NCBI GenBank assembly: GCA_963701095.1
Contig: OY969564.1
Span: forward strand, 1,280,001-1,344,000
Origin: an uncultured Methanoregulaceae archaeon
Lineage (GTDB): Archaea > Halobacteriota > Methanomicrobia > Methanomicrobiales > Methanospirillaceae
DNA length: 64,000 nucleotides
Direction: 5' to 3'
Part shown: piece by piece, positions 44,555-54,401 of the stretch
Layout: each line of letters starts with the position of its first letter
Numbering within the stretch: the stretch's first letter is position 1
The notes under the pieces: model-generated
Seen by the model: the letters and a program-made list of their open reading frames with translations, nothing else
What the model was told of the DNA's origin: nothing
Databases searched by the model: none
Made by a program: the position numbers and the translations under genes

Positions 44555-44686
44555 TCCTAACTACAGTAATCGAACCGGATCAATTGTATATCTTACGGAA
44601 ATTATGCCCAATCGGATCCCTTTTTATGAGAGATCTCCTGATTTCAATCTCCATCACTTTAATCACATTCGCCGCCACATAGCGGG

Positions 44687-45181
44687 TTGAGGTTACCAGT
44701 GACATTCCGGTGCCAGCAATGCGGAAAATGCTGTAGTCATATGGGGGAGCTTATCCGGATCGAGGAGAAAACCGGTCCTATGAAGTTCCGGATCCGGTTT
44801 GTGGTTACGGGAAATGAAATGGATGTAATAGTCGATGAAGATAAACAGGCACTTTTCCGGAATAAAGAACTCAATGCATCGCAGCCTGACGCTTGTCCTC
44901 TTCTTCGGCTAGAAAAGAATAAACAGGCAGTATGCACTATTCACCATACCCGCCCCGATCTCTGCAGGATTTATGCTTGTTTTCGACTTCTTGTCCTCGG
45001 GCCTGATGGCGATCATGGAGGTCGAGTAAAAGACGGAACACGATTTTTTTCCACCATGAATGCAGACCTTCGAAAGATTTGGGAGAACGAGATTGAAGGA
45101 GTGATAATTCCGGACGAGACTGCATGGGAAAATTTTGTCGGCGGAGTTTTTGAACAAGCCGGATACAGGGTTGTAAAATAG
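44687..45181 (+). CDS. YkgJ-family CxxCxxCC protein
   Basis: FRCQQCGKCC, CPLL, CTIHHTRPDLCRIYAC. Confidence 0.85.
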   Translation: MRLPVTFRCQQCGKCCSHMGELIRIEEKTGPMKFRIRFVVTGNEMDVIVDEDKQALFRNKELNASQPDACPLLRLEKNKQAVCTIHHTRPDLCRIYACFRLLVLGPDGDHGGRVKDGTRFFSTMNADLRKIWENEIEGVIIPDETAWENFVGGVFEQAGYRVVK

Positions 45182-45411
45182 ACAGTAATTCAGAGAAAAC
45201 AAGCGCAAATATGGTGACCAGATCTTTTCCTATCAAAATTGTAAGGGAATGCATTTCGATTTTTCAATTTTTCCCTCTCCACTTATAAGTGCCCTGCCCG
45301 CAGGTTCTTCAACAATCCTCCATATGTAAAAAAATCAGTTAAGAGAGGGTGAAACACTTTCACTATTCACGGACGGTATTTATCACGCTTTCTCACGGAC
45401 TATTTTCCTGA

Positions 45412-45774
45412 ATGAGAAGAGAGTTCCATCTTATAATCGGCATCCTTGTATTTTTCGTTTATGCATATCTGCTCCATGGTATTCAGTCTATTACAATAGG
45501 CTATTTTGTCCTCGGATTTTGTGCAGTTATTATCGGATCAATCCTGCCTGATATACTGGAACCAGCGACAAACTCAAAACACCGGGGAATATTCCATAGC
45601 TGGGGGGCTCTGAAATGTATTGTATGCATTTTCGGGATTTCCGCGTTAACCGACTTAGTATTAGCGCTGCCTGAATCAACCAAAGTGATGGTCTTTCCCG
45701 TATCCTGTTGTGCCCTCGGATATTCGTTTCATCTTCTGGCTGATTCCACAACAAGAAGGGGACTCCCGACTTAA
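45412..45774 (+). CDS. Membrane-bound metal-dependent hydrolase (YdjM-like)
   Basis: H, GSILPDILEP, HRGIFHS, HLLAD. Confidence 0.85.
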   Translation: MRREFHLIIGILVFFVYAYLLHGIQSITIGYFVLGFCAVIIGSILPDILEPATNSKHRGIFHSWGALKCIVCIFGISALTDLVLALPESTKVMVFPVSCCALGYSFHLLADSTTRRGLPT

Positions 45775-45793
45775 AAAAGGAAATACGAGACAA

Positions 45794-46762
45794 TTATCCT
45801 TGTTTTCCAAGAATCCCGGTAATCGCTTCGCCGAACTCCATTGTCCCGGCAGAACCCCCGATATCCCTTGTACGGATGCCGGAAGCCAGTACCTTAGTTA
45901 TAGCTGATTCTATCCGTCCGGCTCCTTCATTGTCCCCGAGATACTCAAGAAGCATTGCAGCGCTCCGCAACGCCGCCACAGGATTCGCGATGTTCTTACC
46001 TGCTATATCCGGGGCACTGCCGTGAACCGGCTCAAAAAGGGCGTACCTGTCGCCGATATTGGCACTCGGGACAAGGCCAAGGCCTCCCACAAGATATGAT
46101 GATACATCAGAAAGGATATCGCCAAAGATGTTCGTGGTTACGATTACATCATAAGCCTCTGGGTGCTGAAGAATATCGAGACTCAGTGCATCGATGAACT
46201 TGTCATTGTAAACTATTCCCGCTTTTTTTGCTTCAGCTATGCAGATGTCACGGAAAAAAACGTCGGATTTGAGAACATTTGCCTTGTGCCCTATGGTGAG
46301 TTTTCCTTTTCGTTGGTGTACACACCGTAATGCTGCTCGTGCGATCCGTTCTGTTCCCCTACGGGTCACGACCCGGAGCGTTGTAGCACGATCCTGTTCT
46401 ATCTCTTCGATCCCCGAGTACAAGCCTTCAGTGTTCTCCCTGACAATCATGATGTCAAAACCGTCACCCCGGATGGGCCTCAAGTTTGCAAACAGATCGA
46501 GCGCTTTACGAATCCGTAGAACAACGCTTTGGTAATCTTTCATCGGCGGTGTCGTTATTGCCCCGAACAGTACGGCATCAGCCGTTTTGAGCGCGGAAAT
46601 GTCGTTATCTTTGCAAGGGCACCCTGTTTGTTCCCAACGCCCATAACCTACCTCTACCGGGAAGAAGTCATAATCGGGATGAAGCAGAAAGAGCACTTTT
46701 TGTGCGACCGGAATCACCTCATGACCGATCCCGTCACCTTCGACTATAGCAATCCGGGTCAT
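45794..46762 (-). CDS. aksF: Homoisocitrate/isopropylmalate dehydrogenase family (probable AksF)
   Basis: GDGIGHEV, RENTEGLY, NIFGDILSD, EPVHGSAPDIAG; in operon with aksA/D/E. Confidence 0.78.
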   Translation of the reverse strand: MTRIAIVEGDGIGHEVIPVAQKVLFLLHPDYDFFPVEVGYGRWEQTGCPCKDNDISALKTADAVLFGAITTPPMKDYQSVVLRIRKALDLFANLRPIRGDGFDIMIVRENTEGLYSGIEEIEQDRATTLRVVTRRGTERIARAALRCVHQRKGKLTIGHKANVLKSDVFFRDICIAEAKKAGIVYNDKFIDALSLDILQHPEAYDVIVTTNIFGDILSDVSSYLVGGLGLVPSANIGDRYALFEPVHGSAPDIAGKNIANPVAALRSAAMLLEYLGDNEGAGRIESAITKVLASGIRTRDIGGSAGTMEFGEAITGILGKQG

Positions 46763-47560
46763 CTTTTCCTCCAAAGGGTGACCAGTTCCCGGACAGACCG
46801 GGCAATCTTTGCGGGATCCGCCCCCCAATGGACTATTGCACCGAACTTATCGTTCCATGTACCGATACCTTCACGTTCGGCCCGGCAGCACCGGGCAATA
46901 AACGGCTCTTCTTTTACCTGTTCCAGAGGACAGATATTTTCGAGCTCAAAATCCGTGCCATAGCATTCGGTACAGAATTGCTTTGCCGTAAGACAACCGG
47001 CGACACGTTCACCCCCCTGAAGAGGATCGGCATCCAGTGTCCGTAGATAACCCGCGGCCCTGCAGGGATAAACATCAGCAGGGACTAAAGTGATGTCACG
47101 GATATGATAGTCAAACGCTACCGAGAGTTCTCCGAAAAGTCCGATTGCCTCCATTTCCATAAGGCTCGCCGAAAGGGTCGGACGGGGCGGAATGACATCG
47201 TAGATGTGAATCGTGAGGAATCCTGACAGATCCGGATCAAGTACAAATGTTACGTGCTCATCAATACCTGTAAAAATGGTACACCGGTGCCCGCTTTCAG
47301 ATGCGAGCCGGACCAGCCGGACCCTGTCGTTGAGCTGTACTTTCTCCGGGAACCAACAAACTTCTTCGGGAGTCGCCAGAATCTTGGAGGATATAACTTT
47401 CCTCATAACACTTTTCAGCTGCCGGATCAAGAGTAACTTCAAGTATCTCGTATCCCCGATCCGTCTCATGCAGAAGATAACGGCTCAAGGCATAAACAGC
47501 ATCACCACAAGGCCGTGTCGATGCCAGTCCCACGTATTTACATTGTTCCGGGAAGATCAC
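46759..47560 (-). CDS. Cys-rich hypothetical protein in aks operon; frameshift at ~47413
   Basis: GTG start overlaps the aksE stop ([11 protein letters not shown]...); C-terminal YPCRA, GCLTAKQFCTECY, NICP, RCCR. Confidence 0.75.
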
Positions 47561-48028
47561 CGGCGAGCCCTCCAGTATTTCACAAGGCCACCAGCCATTA
47601 GGATCTCCTGCATCCGGGGTGACAGCGGGCAAATAGTATATCGTTTTCCTCTCGACTCTACCCATCCACCCGAAAGGTCAAATTCAATCGTGCTTCCTTC
47701 TCCACAGGTAAGATCCGATTCGATAAGCGGAAGGCCTATGTTAATTGCATTCCGGAAAAATATCCGGGCAAATGAGGGGGCAATAACGGCAACCACTCCG
47801 GCCTCCCGTAAGGCAAGAGTCTGCCTGTTCCCGGGATGAGCCACACCCGAAATTTTTGCCAGCGACAATCACGGCACCTTTGAGACGAGGGGCAAGCAAA
47901 GGATCGAGATCTTCGAACACGTGAGTCGCCCAGACATCATAATCCTTGGTCCGTAAGTACCGGCCGGCAATTATAACGTCGGTATCGATATCCGCCGGGA
48001 GACATACGGCTATCCCTCTCCCCCGCAT
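47557..48028 (-). CDS. aksE: Homoaconitase small subunit; frameshift at ~47820
   Basis: [14 protein letters not shown] (YLRT loop typical of methanogen homoaconitase), [27 protein letters not shown]. Confidence 0.85.
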
Positions 48029-49239
48029 TATCCTACCTCCGGTGATGTCATTTCGCCTTCGAGAGCGCTTGCCGCTGCCGTTGCAACGGATCCGAGGTAA
48101 ATTTCTCCGCCAATACCCATTCGGTTTTTAAAATTCCTGTTTGCCGTTGATAAACAGACTTCGCCTTCTCCAAGTACCCCCATATGGTAGCCAAGGCAAG
48201 GGCCGCATCCTGGCGTTCCGATGGTGCATCCGGAACCGACGATATCTGCGAGTACGCCTGTCCGGATTGCTTTTTCGAGAATTGAGGCTGAAGCCGGGAC
48301 AACGATGGTCCTCACGGCAACTTTCTTTCCCCGGACCAACCGGGCAAATCTGGCGAGATCAGAATACCGGCCATTTGTACAGGTGCCGACAAAGACCTGG
48401 TCGATTGGCACACCTGCTACCGCATCTACGGGTTTTACCGTGTCCACACGGTGAGGTACAGCGACAAGGGGTACGATATTGCTGAGATCGAAATCGAGTT
48501 CCCTACGGTATATACAGGATTCGGGTTCCTGACACAACACATCATGTCCATGCTCCTTCAGGAAACGGATAGTAACGTCGTCTGAATAGAAAAGCCCCGT
48601 TTTTGCCCCTGCTTCGACAGAAAGGTTTGCAAGAACGAGACGTTCATCCATGGACAGGTAGTGCACGCCTTCTCCCACAAACTCAAGTGCATCATAGGTC
48701 GCACCGTCAGTACCGAGTTTACCTATGTAGGCAAGCGCCAGATCCTTGGCTTCCGCAGCTCCCGTCAACCTGCCGGTCAGATTGATACTGATTGATTCAG
48801 GAACCCGGAACCAGGTTTCACCGGTCAGCCAGATGGAAGCCATATCGGTTGCGCCCACGCCGGTTGCAAACGCTCCGAACGCACCCATCGTAACACTGTG
48901 GGAGTCAGCACCAACAACAATCTCACCTGGCAGTACAATACCTTCACTCATCAGCTGATGGCAGATACCACAGCCAACGTCGGAGAACTGCATAGACGAT
49001 CTCTTCGCAAAATCCCTGAGATCATGCTGGAGTGCCGCCGTTGTACTATTATTGGCAGGGGCTATATGGTCAAACTGAATATAATATCTGGTATCTTTTC
49101 CCAGCCGATCTCCACCCATATTTTTCCATGCCTCTAGTGCAAGGACACCGGTTCCGTCATGGGCATATGCCCTGTCAACTTTCCGGTCTACATATTCCCC
49201 AGCAGATGCACCAAGAATACGTTCGGAAAGGGTACTCAT
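48028..49239 (-). CDS. aksD: Homoaconitase large subunit
   Basis: [47 protein letters not shown]. Confidence 0.85.
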   Translation of the reverse strand: MSTLSERILGASAGEYVDRKVDRAYAHDGTGVLALEAWKNMGGDRLGKDTRYYIQFDHIAPANNSTTAALQHDLRDFAKRSSMQFSDVGCGICHQLMSEGIVLPGEIVVGADSHSVTMGAFGAFATGVGATDMASIWLTGETWFRVPESISINLTGRLTGAAEAKDLALAYIGKLGTDGATYDALEFVGEGVHYLSMDERLVLANLSVEAGAKTGLFYSDDVTIRFLKEHGHDVLCQEPESCIYRRELDFDLSNIVPLVAVPHRVDTVKPVDAVAGVPIDQVFVGTCTNGRYSDLARFARLVRGKKVAVRTIVVPASASILEKAIRTGVLADIVGSGCTIGTPGCGPCLGYHMGVLGEGEVCLSTANRNFKNRMGIGGEIYLGSVATAAASALEGEMTSPEVG

Positions 49240-50366
49240 ACTGTAGTCTCCCGTTGTACCCGTCGGATCAGTTTCTGGAGAATTTCAGGGGTAATACTGC
49301 ATTTCTGTTCGGAATGTTCCTTGACAAGATCCAGCACCCGGCATATCTGGGCCTCTGATAGTTCCTCGCCAAGTGAAGCAATAATGTGTTCGAGCGCCTT
49401 TCTCCCGGTATGTTTACCAAGAATAAAGTGACGTTCGCCCCCTACAAGGGCTGGGGGGAAGTACTCGTAGGTTGACGGATCTTCAAGAATTGCCGCAATA
49501 TGAATGCCACTTTCATGCGAGAATGCAAGATCTCCGGTTATCGGTTTGTTTTTCGGAAGCATAATGCCCGAATATTTTTCCACTTTTTTGGAAAGTCCTG
49601 ACAGGTGTGAAAGATCATACCGGTCTATCCCACCTTTTGTCCGGAGGATTACCAGCACTTCCTCCAGTGCTGCATTACCAGATCGTTCGCCTATACCGTT
49701 GACTGTCGTGTGGAGCTGGAAAGCACCGGCCTGTGCGGCAGTAACCGTATTTGCGACAGCACATCCCATATCGTTGTGGCAGTGAGCGCAGAATGGACGA
49801 TCAACAGAAGAGACAAGATCTGTCATAATCGTTCGCATCTCATCCGGGATCAGGCATCCTACCGTATCCGCAAAACTGAGCAGGACAGCCCCGTGATCAG
49901 CTGCACGCCGGTAAACTTCCTTGAGAAAAACAATATCGGTCCGGGATGCATCCTCAGCCGCAAACCTAACAGCAACCCCGTGGTCCCTGGCGAAATCGAT
50001 CATGGAAAGGGCATCTTCTAGTACTTTTTCGCGAGGTTTTCGGAACTTAACCCGGATATGGAGATCTGAAGTGGGGATAAAGATGGAAACCATATCAACA
50101 CCGCAGTCTATGGCTGCTGTGATATCCTCTTTCCTTGCCCTTGCAAACCCGCAAATCCGTGCATCAAGCCCGAGATGTGCGATCGTTTTTACGCACTGTT
50201 TCTCGTTTTCAGAAACTGCCGGGAACCCGGCCTCTATCACTTCAACACCGACAGCATCAAGTGTTCGGGCGATATCAATTTTTTCTTCGCAGGAAAACGA
50301 CACACCGGGTGTCTGTTCTCCGTCTCGCAGCGTTACGTCACAGATTTCAATATTCCACGGTTTCAT
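49236..50366 (-). CDS. aksA: Homocitrate synthase-type 2-oxoacid acetyltransferase
   Basis: DVTLRDGEQTPG, HCHNDMG, NGIGERSGNA, HESGIH. About 376 aa and lacks the LeuA/CimA regulatory domain. Confidence 0.82.
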   Translation of the reverse strand: MKPWNIEICDVTLRDGEQTPGVSFSCEEKIDIARTLDAVGVEVIEAGFPAVSENEKQCVKTIAHLGLDARICGFARARKEDITAAIDCGVDMVSIFIPTSDLHIRVKFRKPREKVLEDALSMIDFARDHGVAVRFAAEDASRTDIVFLKEVYRRAADHGAVLLSFADTVGCLIPDEMRTIMTDLVSSVDRPFCAHCHNDMGCAVANTVTAAQAGAFQLHTTVNGIGERSGNAALEEVLVILRTKGGIDRYDLSHLSGLSKKVEKYSGIMLPKNKPITGDLAFSHESGIHIAAILEDPSTYEYFPPALVGGERHFILGKHTGRKALEHIIASLGEELSEAQICRVLDLVKEHSEQKCSITPEILQKLIRRVQRETTV

Positions 50367-51618
50367 GATGAGCTCCTTTTGGGCACTGTGCTTCGACCAC
50401 AACTGTTAACGGACCATCCGGGTAGCGGATAATATCACGGAGGCGACTTTCATCTTCAGCGGGACAGATTTCCGGGTCTGCCCAATCGATGTAGCGGGCA
50501 GGATTACTCACGGGTTGGCCTCCAGTCATCGCGGCGCAGTGATTGCTCATAACAATACACAAGAGGGAGAGCCTTTTTTCATATACATCGATAAGGGCAT
50601 TGAGACCGGAGTGGAGTAGTGCATAGTCACCTATTAGTGCCACATGAGTACTCCGTGCCGCAACCGCAATACTCGAACCCATCCCATAGCTCGCAATCCC
50701 CAGTTCGTACGGTGGGTTCATCACAAAAACCGAGCACCCGGCATCACATATCAGGCGCATTCCTTTTTCCCTGAGGATACCAAGGAGGGGTTTATAAGGA
50801 CACACGGCACAGAAAGTCCGGCCAAATCCCCGTTCTTCCAGTGATTCCGGCCTTTCCTGTTGAGCCGGGGGTGCATGAGTTCGATGATCCTGTACAAAGG
50901 ATCGGCCGTACTCATTCACCTTCGGAAACGATGCAACACGCTCTGGTACCGGATTGACTGTCACGAGTCGGGAAACCCCCGGTGCAGGACCTGCACCGAG
51001 AATTCCTCCCTTCCACTGGTTCAGGGGTGACATTTCCGACCACATAAACATCGTGCGGTAAGTTTCCTCTGCCGCAGTAACTCTACCGTGCATTGTCCAG
51101 GACTTGTCGGCAAGCTTTCCTTTTCCCTGATGCCGGGGAACGGGGGTACCTGAGATCTCAGCGTCTAACAGATAATGTGTAAGCCGGAGCATGGCGACAC
51201 GGGAAAATCGTTCCGATGCCTCAAGGGCTGATTCTACACCGGTAAAACAGGTCTCGTCGTCAGGCTCAATTACGGGAAGCTCTGCCAGTTCCCCGTAATA
51301 CCGGGAATCCTGCGCTGTCTGGGAACCTTTGGCTTCAGGATCGTCACCTACAACGAGAATGATGCCTTTTTCGATACCTTGTACTGATGCCTGGGCAAGG
51401 GGGTCAGCACACGCGTTCACTCCCACATTTTTTATTATAACTGCAACGCGTTGACCGGAGAGGGAATCACCAAGCGCATACTCAAGTGCCGTCTTTTCGT
51501 TGATGACCAACTCGGCACCGGTTAATGTGCCAAGTTCTGTTACCGGAAAACCTGGAACGGTATATTGACGGTCAGTACCTGCACGTATTGCCCGAGCCAG
51601 CGCTTCAGCACCTTTCAT
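50347..51618 (-). CDS. ThDP-dependent enzyme, truncated IorA-like
   Basis: VPGFPVTE, INEKTALE, KNVGVNACADP, FCAVCPY, CDAGCS, GDYALLHSG...N..AMTGGQP; no ferredoxin domain. Confidence 0.85.
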   Translation of the reverse strand: MKGAEALARAIRAGTDRQYTVPGFPVTELGTLTGAELVINEKTALEYALGDSLSGQRVAVIIKNVGVNACADPLAQASVQGIEKGIILVVGDDPEAKGSQTAQDSRYYGELAELPVIEPDDETCFTGVESALEASERFSRVAMLRLTHYLLDAEISGTPVPRHQGKGKLADKSWTMHGRVTAAEETYRTMFMWSEMSPLNQWKGGILGAGPAPGVSRLVTVNPVPERVASFPKVNEYGRSFVQDHRTHAPPAQQERPESLEERGFGRTFCAVCPYKPLLGILREKGMRLICDAGCSVFVMNPPYELGIASYGMGSSIAVAARSTHVALIGDYALLHSGLNALIDVYEKRLSLLCIVMSNHCAAMTGGQPVSNPARYIDWADPEICPAEDESRLRDIIRYPDGPLTVVVEAQCPKGAHHETVEY

Positions 51619-52582
51619 TCGTCCCTCCCGGGCACAAGGTCGCAACCCCCGCAAACCGTGCACATGGTCAGCGCACTTGAAGTGTCAAGTCCGTTACGGG
51701 ATAAAGCCCGGCTGTGTTTTGCAAAGAGTTTTTTGAGTCTTTCAGCCGAAGGCCGTGATTGTCCCGCATACCCTGCAACCGGATTAAGAGGTCGAAGCAC
51801 CGGGATCACGCCATGAGATGTGAGTCTATCGATACAAGCCTCCATTTCTTCGTCGGTTTCACCGAGCCCGACAATTACATTGGAGAAAACCCGGCCTTTC
51901 CCGAAGAGTTCCACGGAACGATCAAGAATCCGCCAGAGGAGTTCATAATCGAGACCCGGGCACACTGCTTCAAAGAGGTCAGGTGTTGCAGCCTCAAGAT
52001 TAAATTTTACTTCCGCTACTCCAAGGGCATGGAGCTTGTCTGGAGTCTGATCTGTCGGGTAGATGGAGACCCCAAGAGGCAGGCCAAAGAACTTCAAATG
52101 ATCGATAACCTCACAAATGTAATTCTCCTCCTCTTCAATACTATCATAAACGCCGCTTGTCAGCGATATGGCACTCACACGGTGCCGGACGGATTCGACG
52201 AGATCCATAATTTCTTCTATAGTCTTGCGTTTTCCCGAGAGCCGCGGAACTGAACAATAGCGGCAGGAGAATATACAACGTTCTGTAACTGTGATAAATG
52301 CCTGATCCGGGCAGTGAAGCCCCGCCGGAGGAGTCTACCGGAGATCTGGCGATCGCCTAAATACAGATCGGCAACTCCATCACCCCGGTGAATAATTTCG
52401 ACTCGGGAGGTTTGGTTAATGGCCAACTTTACCCGGTGGCCGCCCATAGCAAAAAAAACCGAACCCTTTCCGCCGGCACCGGGTCCGGCAGTAGATTTTG
52501 CAATAAATTCATCGGCAGCTTCTCCACTAAGACGGGCAGAACCGGTCTCAAGTAACAAGGCCTTTAGATCTTCCCATTGCAT
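51615..52582 (-). CDS. Radical SAM protein (biotin-synthase-related type); frameshift at ~52328
   Basis: Rejoined frame HCPDQAFITVTERCIFSCRYC (CxxxCxxC), SNVIVGLGET, C-terminal CTVCGGCD. Confidence 0.88.
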
Positions 52583-53460
52583 AATTTGAGTGCCTCCTCA
52601 TAGCGGGTATAAAATGGCAGGGCAGTTACTGCCCCGGTAATTCCTCTACCGTCCATGACTATGTGAAGAGAGGGATCATCAATTTCCCTGACAAGATCCG
52701 GTGTCACTTCCCCCCGTTTGACTTTTCTTGCGTAATCCAGCAGCTCTTGTGATGGGGTAAAACCCGTATAAACCGCCATTCCGGTCTTTTCTGATAGGGT
52801 ATATCTTTGGAGAAACTCGCTAAACTTACTGATGAGAGATTCCGGTTTTGTGGTACCAAATTCAGCAACGAGACTTACACAATTCTTTGTCCGAAATGCT
52901 ACCGGGAAGAGCTGGACAATCGTATGCGACAGGTACGAGGTGTGTTCATCTTCGACTGCACGTGCAAGGTTATGGACAAGCGTCCACGTTGCACCTTCTT
53001 CAGATGTATCGGTGTCGTCCACTCCGATAAGCACCCGCTGACGCCGGGGCAGCCAGAGCGTCGCAGCTGCTACTTTTCCTCCGCCGGCTGGATCACAGTG
53101 TTCCCGCAGTACTCCACGGGCCGCAGCACGGCAGGATGTGGCACCGACCCCACCCCCGCCCATACCAATATAAGTGACCGCTATTTCATCTCCCGAAACG
53201 GATACCCCTGAGATACCTGCAGGGAACCTGGATCCTTCCAGTGCGAGATTCTCATTACCAGGATGTAGCAGGAACCGGGTTGTTCCTCCCACGCACCTGA
53301 CATTCTCAACAAGTGGGCTCTTGGCGTAATGGTGTTGGGTCCACATCGCACCGCCTATACAGTCAAAAAATTCGACTAACTCGACTTTGCTACCGGTATC
53401 ATCTGCCATCGCCACGATCTGGGGATACCTGATGATATAAGGTTCAGAGATGTTCACCAT
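52564..53460 (-). CDS. Methanogenesis marker protein 11-like (TiaS N-terminal-like domain)
   Basis: PYIIRYPQIVA, VEFFDCIGGAMW, GMGGGGVGA, IGVDDTD...GATW, QLFP...TKNCVS, GRGITGA. Confidence 0.8.
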   Translation of the reverse strand: MVNISEPYIIRYPQIVAMADDTGSKVELVEFFDCIGGAMWTQHHYAKSPLVENVRCVGGTTRFLLHPGNENLALEGSRFPAGISGVSVSGDEIAVTYIGMGGGGVGATSCRAAARGVLREHCDPAGGGKVAAATLWLPRRQRVLIGVDDTDTSEEGATWTLVHNLARAVEDEHTSYLSHTIVQLFPVAFRTKNCVSLVAEFGTTKPESLISKFSEFLQRYTLSEKTGMAVYTGFTPSQELLDYARKVKRGEVTPDLVREIDDPSLHIVMDGRGITGAVTALPFYTRYEEALKLCNGKI

Positions 53461-54400
53461 ACAGACCCGCCGCCTCAATCCCCCGGTTCCCCCAGAGCAC
53501 TGCACCTAACGCACCAATCCTTCCCTTTCTACCGTTCCTGTCAAGAAACTCGACACCCAGCCTCCGGGCTTCCCGCTCAGTATCTTCAAGAGCAACAATC
53601 TCGGTTTTGATAGTCTTATGCATCGGGGACTCCTCAACTGTCCCAATTCCTCGGACCACTGCAATTCCGGTATCATTCGAGAACGTATGCTCTTCTATAA
53701 ATGAGCGAACAAATTCGCAAAGCGGCCCAGTGCTCCCAGGACGGGTGGCGAAATTGAGTGCGGAACACACGCAGTTTGTAGTTTTATGAGGGACTGCAGG
53801 GTTAAGCTGGACAAGACGCATACCGAGGAATTCCACACCTTTGATACGACATGCTTCAGCACATTTGAGTGCTGTAACCCATGTCGCACCTTCCTGTTTG
53901 GTATCCGTATCGTCAATGCCGAAACAAACTTTCTCGTACCGGGGGGTTACGATTCTCACGTGATTTATCCGGGCGCCGCCTATTTTCAGATCATCTTCGG
54001 AGGGATATTCCGACCGGAGGACTCCAGGAGCCTGCGGAAGGCATGCAGCAATGCCGACACCGGCACCGGCAATTCCCACCCAGGTTGTCATGACCTCGTC
54101 ATCTTTTACTTCAACTGCTTCCAGTGCCTGTCCCCCAATCGTTTCCGACGCTGCCCCGAAGTTGATCGCATGTCTGCCGAAGCGTGCCCTCATCGTCATC
54201 ATTTTTCCTTCAACATTGCACGCGATCATTGCACCACCTGCACGAGATCGGTTCATGGCATCCCACTCTATTGTTCCCCGGGCATGGCACTGCTCAAGAA
54301 TTTCAGCAAGCCCTGTCTTTTCGTCGACCATTACCAAAAATTTCTTCGAGAAAAGCTGGCCAAACCGTTGCTTGACATCATCCGGAGTAAGTATGATCAT
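53444..54400 (-). CDS. Second marker-11/TiaS-like paralogue
   Basis: GIAGAGVG, FGIDDTD...GATW, VQLNPAVPHKTTNC, GRKGRIGALGA. Confidence 0.75.
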   Translation of the reverse strand: MIILTPDDVKQRFGQLFSKKFLVMVDEKTGLAEILEQCHARGTIEWDAMNRSRAGGAMIACNVEGKMMTMRARFGRHAINFGAASETIGGQALEAVEVKDDEVMTTWVGIAGAGVGIAACLPQAPGVLRSEYPSEDDLKIGGARINHVRIVTPRYEKVCFGIDDTDTKQEGATWVTALKCAEACRIKGVEFLGMRLVQLNPAVPHKTTNCVCSALNFATRPGSTGPLCEFVRSFIEEHTFSNDTGIAVVRGIGTVEESPMHKTIKTEIVALEDTEREARRLGVEFLDRNGRKGRIGALGAVLWGNRGIEAAGLYGEHL

Positions 54401-54401
54401 A

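Noticed and set aside
45794..50366. Assignment as leucine operon leuA/C/D/B
   Set aside because: The synthase lacks the regulatory domain and the small subunit has the YLRT loop, favouring the Aks pathway. Phylogeny is needed for certainty.
52564..54400. True tRNA(Ile2) agmatidine synthetase TiaS
   Set aside because: The DDTD motif is internal behind an extra N-terminal domain, has GATW rather than GMCTT, and there is no OB-fold or zinc ribbon.
39692..54400. Functional link between the agmatine deiminase fusion and the TiaS-like genes
   Set aside because: They are about 11 kb apart, on opposite strands, with unrelated genes between; no evidence beyond the shared agmatine theme.
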